Source of the DNA: an uncultured Acidobacteriota bacterium
GTDB lineage: Bacteria > Acidobacteriota > Terriglobia > UBA7540
Direction of reading: 5' to 3'
Length of the DNA stretch: 64,000 nt
NCBI GenBank assembly: GCA_963804995.1
Contig: CAWDSK010000003.1
Coordinates: 896,001 to 960,000, forward strand
Numbering within the stretch: the stretch's first letter is position 1; each line of letters opens with the position of its first letter. Positions 1 through 9,974 of the stretch are shown piece after piece. The position numbers and the translations under genes are program-made. The notes under the pieces were generated by a model. It ran no database searches, was not told the DNA's origin, and saw only the letters and a program-made list of their open reading frames with translations.

Positions 1-1757
1 CGCACGGCTGGGGACTCCCCGCCTTGGTGCCCATTGAATTTGACCTGCAGCGATCGCCGCGCGCCAGCATGGCTTCCGAGCGTTGGCTCGATGAGTGTGG
101 CGCGAAAACCCGCGAGTTCTGCCGCGCCCTGGCCGCAACACCCGAGGGCAACGCGCTCTTCTGCATTCAGGTGGCCTCCGGGGTTTACGGCGAATGGCAC
201 TACTACGGGTTCATCGACAACGAACCCGATACGGGTCCGGCAATGACTCGCCATTTTCGCGAGTGGCTGCGCGCGAAGTACGGCACCGACCAGGCGCTTC
301 AGGCGGCGTGGAATGGCCGCGACGCAACTCTCACCACGGCCACAGTCCCTGGCACAGAGGAACGGATGCGTTCGGACGGGTATCTCCGCAATCCCCAGCG
401 CGACCGCAAAGTAATCGACTATCTGCACTGCCAGCACCAGGCCGTCACGGATGCCTTCATCTATTTCTGCCGGACCGTGAAGGAAAGCTGGCCGCGACCC
501 ATTGTGACCGGCGGCTTTCATGGATACTGGTTCACAATGTTCGGGCGCATGGGCATGGGTGGCCACCTGGAAATCCGGCGGGCGCTGGAATCACCCTACG
601 TGGACGTGCTGTGCGCGCCGCAATCGTACAACCACCTGGATTTGGGGAAGCCGGGAATGTCGCGCGGTGTGTCTGATTCCGGACGGCTGCACGGCAAGCT
701 GTGGCTCGACGAAATGGATACTGAGCCGGATATCTGGGATCCGAAAATCGCGGATAAGCAGCAGGCTCGCGCCCAGAGCGTAGCCATTCTCCGCCGCAAC
801 GTCCTGGGCCCTTTCAGCCGCGGAATGGGCCTCTGGTATTACGACCTGGTTTGCGAACGAGAGCCCCAGCCACCTGGCGGAGCGGCCGGCTGGTGGGATT
901 CGCAGGAGATGCAGGCGGAAATTGTGAAGCTCGAAAAGCTCCAGGCCGAACGTTACCGGCGGCCCTTCGCGTCCGGGGCCGATGTCCTGCTGGTCTTTGA
1001 CACGGAGTCGTTCTACTACACCGCCCACAATGGCAAACTCGACCCTGTCTCGACGGAGCTGCTGGACGGTACCACGGCTGACCTGTTCCGCAGCGGCTCG
1101 GCATTCGATATGGTGTACCTGTTTGACCTGGAGAAGGTCGATTTGCGGCCTTACAAAGCCGTGATTTTTGCCAACACTTTCTGCCTCGATCCCCGCCAGC
1201 GGAAATTCATCCAAACCCGAGTGGCCCAAGACGGCAGGCACCTGTTCTGGTCCTGCGCCCCGGGCCTGATCGACGGCGCCACCTCGGACCCTGCAGGAAT
1301 CTCAGGGCTGATTGGAATCACGGTGGTTCCGGTCAAGACCTCTCCGGCGCGCGTGGTGGTTCAAACCGCAGGCGCTCCGGCCTGCACGTTCGGTTTCGAC
1401 CGGGCCATCGAACCGCTGTTCGCGCCCGCTGACTCCGCTGCCACGGTACTGGGGAAACTTGAAGGGAGCGAATACGCTGGCCTGGCGCGGAAGAAGGTGG
1501 CCGGTCACACGGCGTGGTTCGCCAGTGTTCCTTTGCGCGATCCCAACTTGCTGCGATATCTGCTCAGACAAGCCGGCGCGCATATTTACAATGATCAGAA
1601 TGATGTCATCTATGCAGGCAGCGGTCTGCTGATCGTGCACTCGGCTGCGGGCGGATCGCGCACCCTGACCCTGCGCAATGGGCGGCGATTTGAAACCCAA
1701 TCGCCCGCCGCCTGTACTTGGGTATTGGACGCCGAAACAGGCGAGCAATTGCTGTAA
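1..1757 (+). CDS. GH42-like beta-galactosidase family protein, 5' end outside window
   Basis: Frame open from window edge; GEWHYYG, FREWLRAKYG..ALQAAW, WLDEMD motifs, then a GATase-like trimerisation region (FDMVYLFDL..YKAVIF). Confidence 0.65.
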   Translation, partial: HGWGLPALVPIEFDLQRSPRASMASERWLDECGAKTREFCRALAATPEGNALFCIQVASGVYGEWHYYGFIDNEPDTGPAMTRHFREWLRAKYGTDQALQAAWNGRDATLTTATVPGTEERMRSDGYLRNPQRDRKVIDYLHCQHQAVTDAFIYFCRTVKESWPRPIVTGGFHGYWFTMFGRMGMGGHLEIRRALESPYVDVLCAPQSYNHLDLGKPGMSRGVSDSGRLHGKLWLDEMDTEPDIWDPKIADKQQARAQSVAILRRNVLGPFSRGMGLWYYDLVCEREPQPPGGAAGWWDSQEMQAEIVKLEKLQAERYRRPFASGADVLLVFDTESFYYTAHNGKLDPVSTELLDGTTADLFRSGSAFDMVYLFDLEKVDLRPYKAVIFANTFCLDPRQRKFIQTRVAQDGRHLFWSCAPGLIDGATSDPAGISGLIGITVVPVKTSPARVVVQTAGAPACTFGFDRAIEPLFAPADSAATVLGKLEGSEYAGLARKKVAGHTAWFASVPLRDPNLLRYLLRQAGAHIYNDQNDVIYAGSGLLIVHSAAGGSRTLTLRNGRRFETQSPAACTWVLDAETGEQLL

Positions 1758-1762
1758 TTCTA

Positions 1763-3172
1763 TTAGGCAGAAAGGGGCGGGCGCTGATGGTGCCAGGTAG
1801 TTTTTGCCTGGAAGGCGCGGCCCACCTCGATGATCGTAGCTTCCTCGAAAGGCTTGCCCACAATCTGCAGGCCTACGGGCAAGTGGTCGTGTCCAAATCC
1901 ACAGGGAACGGAAAGCGCGGGCAATCCGGCAAGATTCCCCGCCGCCTCGATTTCCCCGCCCCCTTTGAAAACCTCGTCCAGGTTCGCGTCGATTGCCGGC
2001 GCCGCAATCAACACGCTGGGCGCCACCACGACGTTGAGAGTGGCAAACAGCTTTGCGACCTCTTGTTGAAGGAGCGAACGGATGCGCTGCGCTTTCAGGT
2101 AGTCCGCGGCCAGGATGGCGCGTCCCGCATAGAGCCCCACCTTACCTCCACCATCGATCAGTTCGCCGGCGTGACCGGTGCGGACGAAATCCTCGAAAGC
2201 GGCGGCCGCTTCGGCAGACACAATGGTGCTGGCCACAGCGTCGTAAGGAAAATCCGGGAGTTTCACCTCGTCAACCTTCGCGCCGGCCGCTTTGAGATCC
2301 GCAATCGCCTTTCGGTAAGCCTGCTCAACTTCCGGCTCACCAACATTTGCGAAATCCTCGCGGATAAATCCAATGCGCTTACCCGTGATGCTAAGGGGAG
2401 CAGTGCGAACGGGCATATGAAATGACTTGCCGGAGGAGGTCGGGTCAGCAGGATCGTGTCCGGCGATGGTGGCCAGCACGAGCCCGCAGTCTTCCGCCGA
2501 GCGGGCCAGGGGGCCGAGCTTATCCATTGACCACGCGACCGTCATGGCTCCCTGCCGGCTAACCAGGCCATAAGTGGGGCGAAGGCCGCTGACTCCGCAG
2601 AAACCCGCGGGCGTCACAATCGAACCCCAGGTTTCCGATCCCAAGGCAAATCCGACGAGGCCAGCAGCCACGGCGGCGGCCGGACCGCTGGAAGAGCCTC
2701 CCGCCCAGCGCGCGAGGTTCCAGGGATTCAGCCCCGGGCCTGACAACGAAGCGTTCGCGGACCGGTACCCGGCGGCCCCTCCCAACTCCACCATGGCCAG
2801 CTTGGCAACCAGGATCGCACCGGCCTCATGCAAGCGCCGCACCACAGTGGCATCCTCAGTAGGCACCTGCTCCGCGTAGTGGGAGCAGCCCCAGGTGGTC
2901 TTAATACCTTTGGTGGCCAGCAGATCTTTCAGGCCATAGGGAATTCCGTACAGCGGGCCCCGGAATTTTTTCGCCGCCATTTCTTTGGCCGCCTGCTGGG
3001 CCTGCTCGCGGGCCAAGTCAGCCGTGATCGTCACGACCGCGTTCAGCTTGGGGCCGAGGCGATCGAGGCGATCGAGATAAGCATCGGTTAGTTCGACTGG
3101 ATGCAACTTGCCGGTGCGCAGGCCGCGCCCTAATTCCGCTACCGTCGAATAGAGAACGTCTTCACTTAGCAT
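1763..3172 (-). CDS. Amidase signature family protein (GatA-like)
   Basis: GPLYGIPYGLKD, GGSSSGPAAAVAAG, LGSETWGSI..PAGFCG motifs; no gatB/gatC context. Confidence 0.9.
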   Translation of the reverse strand: MLSEDVLYSTVAELGRGLRTGKLHPVELTDAYLDRLDRLGPKLNAVVTITADLAREQAQQAAKEMAAKKFRGPLYGIPYGLKDLLATKGIKTTWGCSHYAEQVPTEDATVVRRLHEAGAILVAKLAMVELGGAAGYRSANASLSGPGLNPWNLARWAGGSSSGPAAAVAAGLVGFALGSETWGSIVTPAGFCGVSGLRPTYGLVSRQGAMTVAWSMDKLGPLARSAEDCGLVLATIAGHDPADPTSSGKSFHMPVRTAPLSITGKRIGFIREDFANVGEPEVEQAYRKAIADLKAAGAKVDEVKLPDFPYDAVASTIVSAEAAAAFEDFVRTGHAGELIDGGGKVGLYAGRAILAADYLKAQRIRSLLQQEVAKLFATLNVVVAPSVLIAAPAIDANLDEVFKGGGEIEAAGNLAGLPALSVPCGFGHDHLPVGLQIVGKPFEEATIIEVGRAFQAKTTWHHQRPPLSA

Positions 3173-3268
3173 CCCGATTGCTCTGATGTGGAGACTGTGG
3201 AATTTGTCCCGATCTTATCGGGACGCAATTTGGCGCGCCAAACTTGCTGCGACACCCCGCGCTCTTGG

Positions 3269-3566
3269 CTATTTCGGACGGAATACCATGGCCGGTTCAA
3301 TCGCAGGATCAACCTGAATCTCCCGGATTTTGGCGACCGCTTTCCGGTCTTCCTGGATGCCGCGTCGCAGCTCCGCCAATTCCGGCGCGCCCAGACGCGC
3401 CGCGTTGCCGTTGGTCGCGAGTCGAACTAAGGCCTCAACGTTTGCGTCCTCAGTTTTCCGGAGGCCTCGCCTGCGGCGAAGCTATGGCCGACGCCGCCAC
3501 ACCCAAACCCAGAAGCTTGGCAAAGTCGCGCCGCGAAGCCCCGCGCCGCCTGTCCCGTGAATTCAT
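3269..3566 (-). CDS. Small Tat-signal protein upstream of amidase, split by a +1 frameshift near 3453
   Basis: MNSRDRRRGASRRDFAKLLGLG... stops at 3450; adjacent frame continues EDANVEALVRLA...IQVDPAIEPAMVFRPK* to 3269; removing one A from an A4 run joins them (~98 aa). Confidence 0.6.
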
Positions 3567-3860
3567 GCTGTCACCTGACCCTAACTCTGCGTCATCATAA
3601 AGAAACCCAGGCCGTTGTGCAAGTCGAGGCGACTTCACGCCGCCATATGGGGAGCCAGTCCAGGGCGGACGCGTTTCACATGCTCACGCTGGCGACATGA
3701 GGTTGCTGCGGGGCTATCGCGCATGAGAAAATCCCACGGTCAGCGCGTGTCGCCCACCATTAAGATCGGCGAATTCGCTTTGAGTTTTGCGCTTTGCATT
3801 TTGCCCTTCTCTTGCAACTCTGCCGCGCCGCGCTCTTTGCATTCCGGCTAAGGGACGCAC

Positions 3861-4799
3861 ATGATGAAGAATGGTCAGCGTAATCGAACACCGTCCACCT
3901 ACCTGCCGGCCAGCCTGATTCTGTGCTCTGCTGTACTCATCATGGCCGCATGTTTATTCGCGGCTGAGAACCGCGAGATTTCCGCTCCCTGGAATTCCTC
4001 GATTCAAATTCGCGGCCCGTGGACTGATTCCGGCGGTTTCACTGAGTACCAGACACTGAGCGAGTATCAGCCGGGATGGCTTCCGGTGCGGATTATCCTT
4101 CCTGCACATCTCGAAACCGGCCACCGGTATCCAATTCTCTATCTCCTCCCTGTTGAAACCGAAGCGACGGAAAAGATGAATTGGGGGAGCGCCCTGTTGG
4201 AGGCGCGCAAACTGGATTTCGCGAACCACTACGGCTTCATCTGTGTGGCGCCGGTCTTCGCCCAGATACCCTGGTATGCCGACCACCCCACGGACCCGTT
4301 GATGCGCCAGGAGAGCTATTTTCTGAAGGTCATTGTTCCCTGGGCGGAGCACTTTCTGCCCGCGCGTAACGATCCCGCCGGCCGCCTGTTGCTAGGATTC
4401 AGCAAATCCGGTAACGGGGCGTTTTCATTGCTGCTTCGCTACCCGGAGCGATTCGGATGCGCGGCCGCTTGGGATGCGCCGCTCGTCCAAGCATCGCCCG
4501 ACCGTTATGGAATGGATAAGGTGTACGCCACACAGGCGAATTATGAAAACTACAGTTTCCTGCCACTCCTGGCGCAACGGGCCGAGGAGTTGCGCCGGAC
4601 GCGCAGCCGGCGGCTTACCGTCCTAGGGTACAACGTCTTTCAAGACCAAATCCAGCAGGCGGGTGATGAGCTGCAAAAGCTGGGAGTGCCGCATTTCTTC
4701 CATAACGATACTCAACGAAAACACGCCTGGGATAGCGGCTGGTTGTCGGAAGCCGTCCAGGATTTGGCATCGTGCAGTTCTGAGTTGGGAGGAAAGTAG
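3861..4799 (+). CDS. Secreted alpha/beta-hydrolase (putative esterase)
   Basis: N-terminal hydrophobic signal; YPILYLLP, GFSKSG nucleophile elbow, C-terminal HAW. Confidence 0.75.
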   Translation: MMKNGQRNRTPSTYLPASLILCSAVLIMAACLFAAENREISAPWNSSIQIRGPWTDSGGFTEYQTLSEYQPGWLPVRIILPAHLETGHRYPILYLLPVETEATEKMNWGSALLEARKLDFANHYGFICVAPVFAQIPWYADHPTDPLMRQESYFLKVIVPWAEHFLPARNDPAGRLLLGFSKSGNGAFSLLLRYPERFGCAAAWDAPLVQASPDRYGMDKVYATQANYENYSFLPLLAQRAEELRRTRSRRLTVLGYNVFQDQIQQAGDELQKLGVPHFFHNDTQRKHAWDSGWLSEAVQDLASCSSELGGK

Positions 4800-5072
4800 A
4801 AGGGCTCGGGGGCTAGGGGCTGGGCAGTACGATTCGGCCCACGGCACAGCGCGGGCTGCGGCCCTCTCGCTTGCTCCGACTCTGTCGGGACTCGCACAAA
4901 GCGCTCGCTGCCCTCTGCTTTCTTCCTTCTGTTTTTCCTGGCGCGCTGACGGGTGACACTCAATATCGTAGTTGCGAACTGGCCGGTGGGGTGTACACTG
5001 CTGATGCCCGGATGGAAATCCTGGGCCCCAGATTTCGCCTCGTATACAACTTCGTTCTTCAAGGGGTCACTG

Positions 5073-5930
5073 ATGCTCAAAATTACCCGCCGTGAATTTC
5101 TCGGTTCTGCCGCAGTCGCCGGATTATGCTCTCAAATGGTCTTCGCCAAGAAAGGGAAACTGCATATTGGGGTGACGGACTGGAATCTAAAGCTGGGCGC
5201 CAACCCAGATGCGGTGCCGCTCGCTGCCAAGCTTGGATTCGAGGGCGTACAGATGTCCTTCGGGCGAAAGCTTGTGGACGGCAAGCTGCCCACCGACAAT
5301 CCGGAAGTGATCGCGCGCTACCTCAGCCTATCCAAACAAAATAAGATTCCCATCGACGGAACCTGCGTCGACATGCTGCACGTCAATGGCTTGAAGAGTG
5401 ACCCGCTGGGCCCGAAGTGGGTACTCAACTCCATTCGACTGACCAAGGACTTGGGCACACAGGTACTTCTGCTGCCCTTCTTCGGCCGCTGGGCGCTGGA
5501 GACTAAAGACGAGATGGACCACGTCGGCGATGCGCTGCGCGACCTCGGAGTGGAAGCCACCAAGGCGGGAGTTATCCTCGCCCTTGAGGACACCATCTCC
5601 GCCGAGGACAACGTCCGCATCATGGAGCGGTCACAATCCCCCAGCGTGCAGGTTTACTACGACGTGGGCAATTCCACGAAGGCCGGGTTCGATCCGGTGA
5701 AGGAGATTCGCTGGCTCGGCAAAGACCGGATTTGCCAATTCCATCTGAAGGATAATCCCCACTACCTCGGGGATGGAGATATTAAGTTTGCGCCCATCAT
5801 GCAAGCCATTCGCGATATTGGCTTCGCGGGGTTCGCGAATCTGGAGACCGATGCGCCTTCGAAGGATATAGAGGCCGACATGCGCAAGAATTTGACTTAC
5901 ATCCGCGGCGTCATGGGGGGAAAGGCGTAG
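5073..5930 (+). CDS. Sugar phosphate isomerase/epimerase (AP endonuclease 2 TIM barrel) with Tat signal
   Basis: TRREFL; LALED, YYDVGN, FHLKD, NLE metal motifs; RBS before ATG 5073. Confidence 0.85.
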   Translation: MLKITRREFLGSAAVAGLCSQMVFAKKGKLHIGVTDWNLKLGANPDAVPLAAKLGFEGVQMSFGRKLVDGKLPTDNPEVIARYLSLSKQNKIPIDGTCVDMLHVNGLKSDPLGPKWVLNSIRLTKDLGTQVLLLPFFGRWALETKDEMDHVGDALRDLGVEATKAGVILALEDTISAEDNVRIMERSQSPSVQVYYDVGNSTKAGFDPVKEIRWLGKDRICQFHLKDNPHYLGDGDIKFAPIMQAIRDIGFAGFANLETDAPSKDIEADMRKNLTYIRGVMGGKA

Positions 5931-5990
5931 GCGGAAAGCGGAAGGCAGTAGGCAGAAAGCAGAAGGCAGTAGGCGGAAGGCAGAAGGCAG
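5927..5990. repeat. Tandem degenerate heptamer repeats (GGCAGAA/GGCAGTA)
   Basis: gtaggcggaaagcggaaggcagtaggcagaaagcagaaggcagtaggcggaaggcagaaggcag. Confidence 0.8.
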
Positions 5991-6027
5991 CGCCCGTTTC
6001 TTGCGAACCCCGGGCGCACAGGAGCAT

Positions 6028-6114
6028 GTAGTGCAGACCCGTTCTTTAGGTCTGCGGTTCTTCCCTCCTATTGACACCGAAAAGCCGCGGACCTACCGAA
6101 CAGGTCCGCGCTAC
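6028..6114. repeat. Inverted pair of GTAG-type REP-like palindromes
   Basis: GTAGtgcagacc..ggtctgcgg ... ccgcggacc..ggtccgcgCTAC between convergent genes. Confidence 0.65.
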
Positions 6115-6118
6115 ACGC

Positions 6119-7369
6119 TTATTCCTTCAATCCCACCAAATGTGGTTCAAGGACTTCTTCCGACCGCATCAACTCCTCCCAGGTGAACTCCGCGAGCTTG
6201 TAGGCGGCGGTGCGGCCGAGTATCGTTGTCAGGTTGCTTCGCACCGAGGGCGCTATGGTTGAGTAATCCAGCCGCCCGGAAGTGACCTGCTCATGGAAGG
6301 TCGCAATATTGCGGACGGCGCCCGTGGTGTACAGCATTCCGTCGCGCCCCCCCGCGTAATTCGCCTTGCCTTTGATTCCGACATCGCCCGCGTAATGCGT
6401 GTCGATGACGCCTTCCGTGCCGAACATCTGGCAGCGGATATCGTCCGCGCCCTCGCCATACTGCTTGGAGTAGAAAGTGACGAGCACATCATCTGCGAAC
6501 CAGAAAGTCACCGAGAAGTGGTCCCACACGTCCCCGAGGGTGCGGGACTTGAGGCCGCCCGTTCCCAGCGCCTTCAACGGATGCTGGTCAAGAACCCAGG
6601 TCATGACGTCGAGCGAGTGGATGTTCTGCTCGGTGATGATGTCGCCGGAAAGCGCCCGGCTCACTCCCCAAGCGCGCAGGCGGAGTTCGGAATCCTGGGG
6701 ATTTGCCTCCAGGTCCTTCACCGGGCGCGTCCAGGGAGAGCCCGCCACGTACGATACCTCGCCGTTGATGATGCGGCCAATGCTGCCTTCGGTCTGCACG
6801 CGCCGGATGGCCTCCTGATAAAAGGGATCGGTGCGCGTTTGGAAATCGATCAGGTAGGCAAGCTTCTTCGCTTCCGCTTTCTTCGCGCTCGCCTCAATGC
6901 TGCGGCAGCCGGGAACGTCCACCGCCATGGGTTTGGCGAGGTACACGTGGGCGCCGGCCTCCACCGCCGCGGCAGCCTGCTCATGATGAAAGTACGGTGG
7001 GCTCTCGATGACGACCGCGTCCACCTTCGCCTCCAGCAATCTTTGGTAACCCTTCAGCCCCGTGAAGCGCCGGGCGGCAGGCAGGTTGAACTTGTCACCA
7101 AAGGCGTTCACCCGGTCCGGGAAATAATCCGCGGCGGCGGTGATTTCGTATCCGCCATGCTTTTGGAAGAGGTTGGCGATCCACGTCCCGCGACCGCCGC
7201 AGCCAATCGAGCCCAGGGAAATTTTGGAACTCACCTCTGACCCGCGAGCCAGTCCCGGCTTCATAATGCTGAATGACATGGCAGCGCCACCCGCCCCCGC
7301 AAAGAATTGGCGGCGATTCAGGCCGCTGCGGTCATCGTCCCGGCTAGGCTTTCCCGATTTATTCCTCAT
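6119..7369 (-). CDS. Gfo/Idh/MocA oxidoreductase with Tat signal
   Basis: NRRQFF; IGCGGRG; HVYLAKPMA; EQNIHSLD. Confidence 0.9.
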   Translation of the reverse strand: MRNKSGKPSRDDDRSGLNRRQFFAGAGGAAMSFSIMKPGLARGSEVSSKISLGSIGCGGRGTWIANLFQKHGGYEITAAADYFPDRVNAFGDKFNLPAARRFTGLKGYQRLLEAKVDAVVIESPPYFHHEQAAAAVEAGAHVYLAKPMAVDVPGCRSIEASAKKAEAKKLAYLIDFQTRTDPFYQEAIRRVQTEGSIGRIINGEVSYVAGSPWTRPVKDLEANPQDSELRLRAWGVSRALSGDIITEQNIHSLDVMTWVLDQHPLKALGTGGLKSRTLGDVWDHFSVTFWFADDVLVTFYSKQYGEGADDIRCQMFGTEGVIDTHYAGDVGIKGKANYAGGRDGMLYTTGAVRNIATFHEQVTSGRLDYSTIAPSVRSNLTTILGRTAAYKLAEFTWEELMRSEEVLEPHLVGLKE

Positions 7370-7511
7370 TTTAAGACCTCCTGGCTATGAAGCGATTTTT
7401 GCGTGGGCAGAGTAACACCGGAGGGAGCCAATGTCTATGAGGAGCGGGTAGCACCGCACGACACGGCCGACTTGGAGTTTCGACTTGCTTTTGCGTATGG
7501 GGCGCACTGTG

Positions 7512-7814
7512 CTACCTGTCACCCCCCGCGATCGCCCCCACCACCAGAAAGGGTTCTACTCCTTTCGCGACGGCGTCAGGCAGTGGCGAGTCCGGGGATT
7601 CGTGCGACAGATCCTCTTCACAAGCAAAGAACCTTATAAACGGCCGGCGCTTTAGCGTCACGTGGTCGCGCATCGTCCCGCACAGCACGGGATAGCGGGC
7701 CTCGAGCGCGTCAAGCACCGAGCGTTGCGAGACTACGCCCTGGACTTCGAGCTTCACTTCGCCCTCAACGCCCGCCAGCGTCCGCAAATGTTGGGGAAGC
7801 ACGACTCGGATCAT
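7512..7814 (-). CDS. MoaD/ThiS family ubiquitin-like protein
   Basis: [15 protein letters not shown]...RPFIRFF...[10 protein letters not shown](DR); ATG overlaps upstream stop (ATGA). Confidence 0.85.
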   Translation of the reverse strand: MIRVVLPQHLRTLAGVEGEVKLEVQGVVSQRSVLDALEARYPVLCGTMRDHVTLKRRPFIRFFACEEDLSHESPDSPLPDAVAKGVEPFLVVGAIAGGDR

Positions 7815-8989
7815 TGCAGCGTCTGAACCTCCACAGAAAGTACCGCGGGAAGATCGCGGACGGCAGGCGCCCAGGTGTCTCCGGCATCCGCCGAAACATA
7901 CACCTGTCCGCCCGTGGTGCCGAAGTACACGCCGCAAGAATCAAGTTGGTCGACGGCCATCGCGTCGCGCAGCACGTCGACGTAGCAATCGCGCTGCGGC
8001 AGACCCTTGGAGAGCGCCTCCCACTCGTTTCCGCCCGTGCGGCTGCGGTAGACGCGCAGTTTGCCCTCCGGCGGATAGTGCTCGGAATCGCTCTTGATGG
8101 GGACCACGTAAATCGTCTCCGGCTCGTGGGCGTGGACGTCGATGACGAAGCCGAAGTCAGTGGGCAGGTTCCCGCTGACCTCCTGCCACAAATCGCCGGC
8201 GTTGTCGCTGCGCAAGACGTCCCAGTGCTTCTGCATGAACAGCACGTTGGGACGCGACGGGTGCAAGGCGATGCGATGCACGCAGTGGCCGACCTCGGCC
8301 TTCGGGTCTGGAATGTATTGGGACCGCAGTCCCTGGTTGATCGGTTTCCAGGTCTTGCCACCGTCGTCGGTGCGGAAGGCGCCCGCGGCCGAGATGGCAA
8401 CGTAAATCCGGTTGGGGTTGCTGGGATCAAGAAGAATGGTGTGCAGGCCCATTCCGCCCGCGCCCGGCTGCCACTTGGGACCGGTGCCGTGGCCGCGCAG
8501 TCCGGAGAGTTCCTGCCACGAATGGGCGCCGTCGGTCGAGCGGAATATGGCGGCGTCTTCCACTCCGGCGTAAACGGTGTCCGGATCGGTCAGCGACGGT
8601 TCAAGGTGCCAGACGCGCTTGAATTCCCAGGGGTGCTGCGTGCCGTCGTACCACTGATGCGTGGTGAGGGGTTTGCCGGTTTCAGGAGTGGTGTCGTAGA
8701 CGAATTTGTTGCTCTCGCCCTGAGGCATTTGGCCGGGCACAACGGTGACCCCGCCTCCGGGCGCCTCCCACGTTTTGCCGCCGTCACTCGAGCGCTGGAT
8801 CACCTGCCCAAACCAGCCGCTGGTTTGCGACGCATACAACCGGTTCGGATCCGCGGGCGAGCCCTTGACGTGATAGATCTCCCATCCCGCAAAGTGTGGA
8901 CCACTGACCTCCCACTGTTGGCGCTTGCCGTCCGATGTCAGGATAAACGCACCTTTGCGTGTGCCAACCAGTACTCGTACACTGCTCAT
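7811..8989 (-). CDS. BNR/Asp-box beta-propeller protein (sialidase-like)
   Basis: Repeated Asp-boxes [40 protein letters not shown]; no signal peptide. Confidence 0.88.
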   Translation of the reverse strand: MSSVRVLVGTRKGAFILTSDGKRQQWEVSGPHFAGWEIYHVKGSPADPNRLYASQTSGWFGQVIQRSSDGGKTWEAPGGGVTVVPGQMPQGESNKFVYDTTPETGKPLTTHQWYDGTQHPWEFKRVWHLEPSLTDPDTVYAGVEDAAIFRSTDGAHSWQELSGLRGHGTGPKWQPGAGGMGLHTILLDPSNPNRIYVAISAAGAFRTDDGGKTWKPINQGLRSQYIPDPKAEVGHCVHRIALHPSRPNVLFMQKHWDVLRSDNAGDLWQEVSGNLPTDFGFVIDVHAHEPETIYVVPIKSDSEHYPPEGKLRVYRSRTGGNEWEALSKGLPQRDCYVDVLRDAMAVDQLDSCGVYFGTTGGQVYVSADAGDTWAPAVRDLPAVLSVEVQTLQ

Positions 8990-9028
8990 TCCTCTCTCCT
9001 TTCTGGGCTTTGCCCCGATGAAGTCTAG

Positions 9029-9076
9029 GTAGGGGCGAGCGGCGCTCGCCCTGGGCCGAATGCTATTCGGCCCAAC
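9029..9076. repeat. GTAG-type REP-like double hairpin
   Basis: GTAGgggcgagc ggc gctcgccc followed by ggccgaat gct attcggcc. Confidence 0.55.
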
Positions 9077-9138
9077 ACAAGCAGGGTAGCGGACGAAAAG
9101 CCGCAGAGTCTCTGGGATGCGCTACCCCTCTTCCATAA

Positions 9139-9651
9139 TCACGCATGCGAATGAATATGCCAGGGCACGCGTCGGGTTCGTGCCAACTTACGAATAGCGC
9201 CCCTGCTTTCATACTTGGGCAGGAGTGGAGTCGAATCCCGTTCCCGCCACCGCCGCCGCGCTTCGGCCAGAACCTCTTCGCGATGCTTCGCCATTTCCTC
9301 GATGAGAGCGCAAGGCGCCCCCGTCGCTTCGTGCCGCGCCCCCCAAATTAGCAATTCCAGAAGCACCGGCGCCAGGTCAATTCCCTTCTCCGTCAGCCGG
9401 TAGTTCACCCGTCTTCGATCATTCTCTTGTTGCTCGGCGGTAATGATTCCCGAGGCCTCGAGTTTCTTCAGGCGGTCTGCCAGGATGTTCGTGGCAATCC
9501 CTTCGCCCGCCTCCACGAACTGTCGAAATGTCCGTAATCCGCGGACCATCAAATCGCGGATGATCAGCAACGACCAGCGATCTCCCAGCATTTCAAGGGA
9601 GACACTTACCGGACACTCTGAGCGACGTTTTGACTTGGACTGCCCTGGCAC
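9139..9651 (-). CDS. HxlR family winged-helix regulator (start uncertain, 9651 or 9687)
   Basis: RSECPVSVSLEMLGDRWSLLIIRDL; ILADRLKKLE; YRLTEKGIDL. Confidence 0.88.
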   Translation of the reverse strand: MPGQSKSKRRSECPVSVSLEMLGDRWSLLIIRDLMVRGLRTFRQFVEAGEGIATNILADRLKKLEASGIITAEQQENDRRRVNYRLTEKGIDLAPVLLELLIWGARHEATGAPCALIEEMAKHREEVLAEARRRWRERDSTPLLPKYESRGAIRKLARTRRVPWHIHSHA

Positions 9652-9673
9652 TAGCGACAAAATATCCGAACTA

Positions 9674-9688
9674 CTTGCGGAATGCAAG
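9674..9688. promoter_or_regulatory. Putative operator palindrome of the HxlR regulator
   Basis: CTTGC-N5-GCAAG just upstream of the gene; function inferred. Confidence 0.35.
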
Positions 9689-9885
9689 CGATAAAGTAAG
9701 GTATGACTATCCTGTGGTCGGTCCCCTCGGTTCAGGACGAAACGCGGGGATTGCAGTCGAGGTCAGGGTTCCACTGAAGGCCCGAAGTCCTTAAGGGCTA
9801 GGCAGTTAGCCCGGCATTCTCACCCGCAATGGTGGGGGCGTGGTAAGAAGTCCCGCTAGCAGGTTGCTGAAAAATCCTCCCGGTG

Positions 9886-9959
9886 CGACGTAGCGGCGGG
9901 TTTACCCCGCCATATCCGATTTCAACAGGGGATGGCGGGATGAACCCGCCGCTACGTCG
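9886..9959. repeat. Inverted GTAG REP pair (REPIN-like)
   Basis: cgacGTAGcggcgggtttaccccgccat ... atggcgggatgaacccgccgCTACgtcg, inside a looser outer IR (gctgaaaaa / tttttcgtcagc). Confidence 0.75.
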
Positions 9960-9974
9960 TTTTTCGTCAGCCCG

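Noticed and set aside
1763..3172. gatA assignment
   Set aside because: No gatB adjacent; motifs fit a general amidase
3450..3452. Selenocysteine or readthrough at TGA
   Set aside because: A second in-frame TGA follows within four codons; the plausible continuation is in another frame
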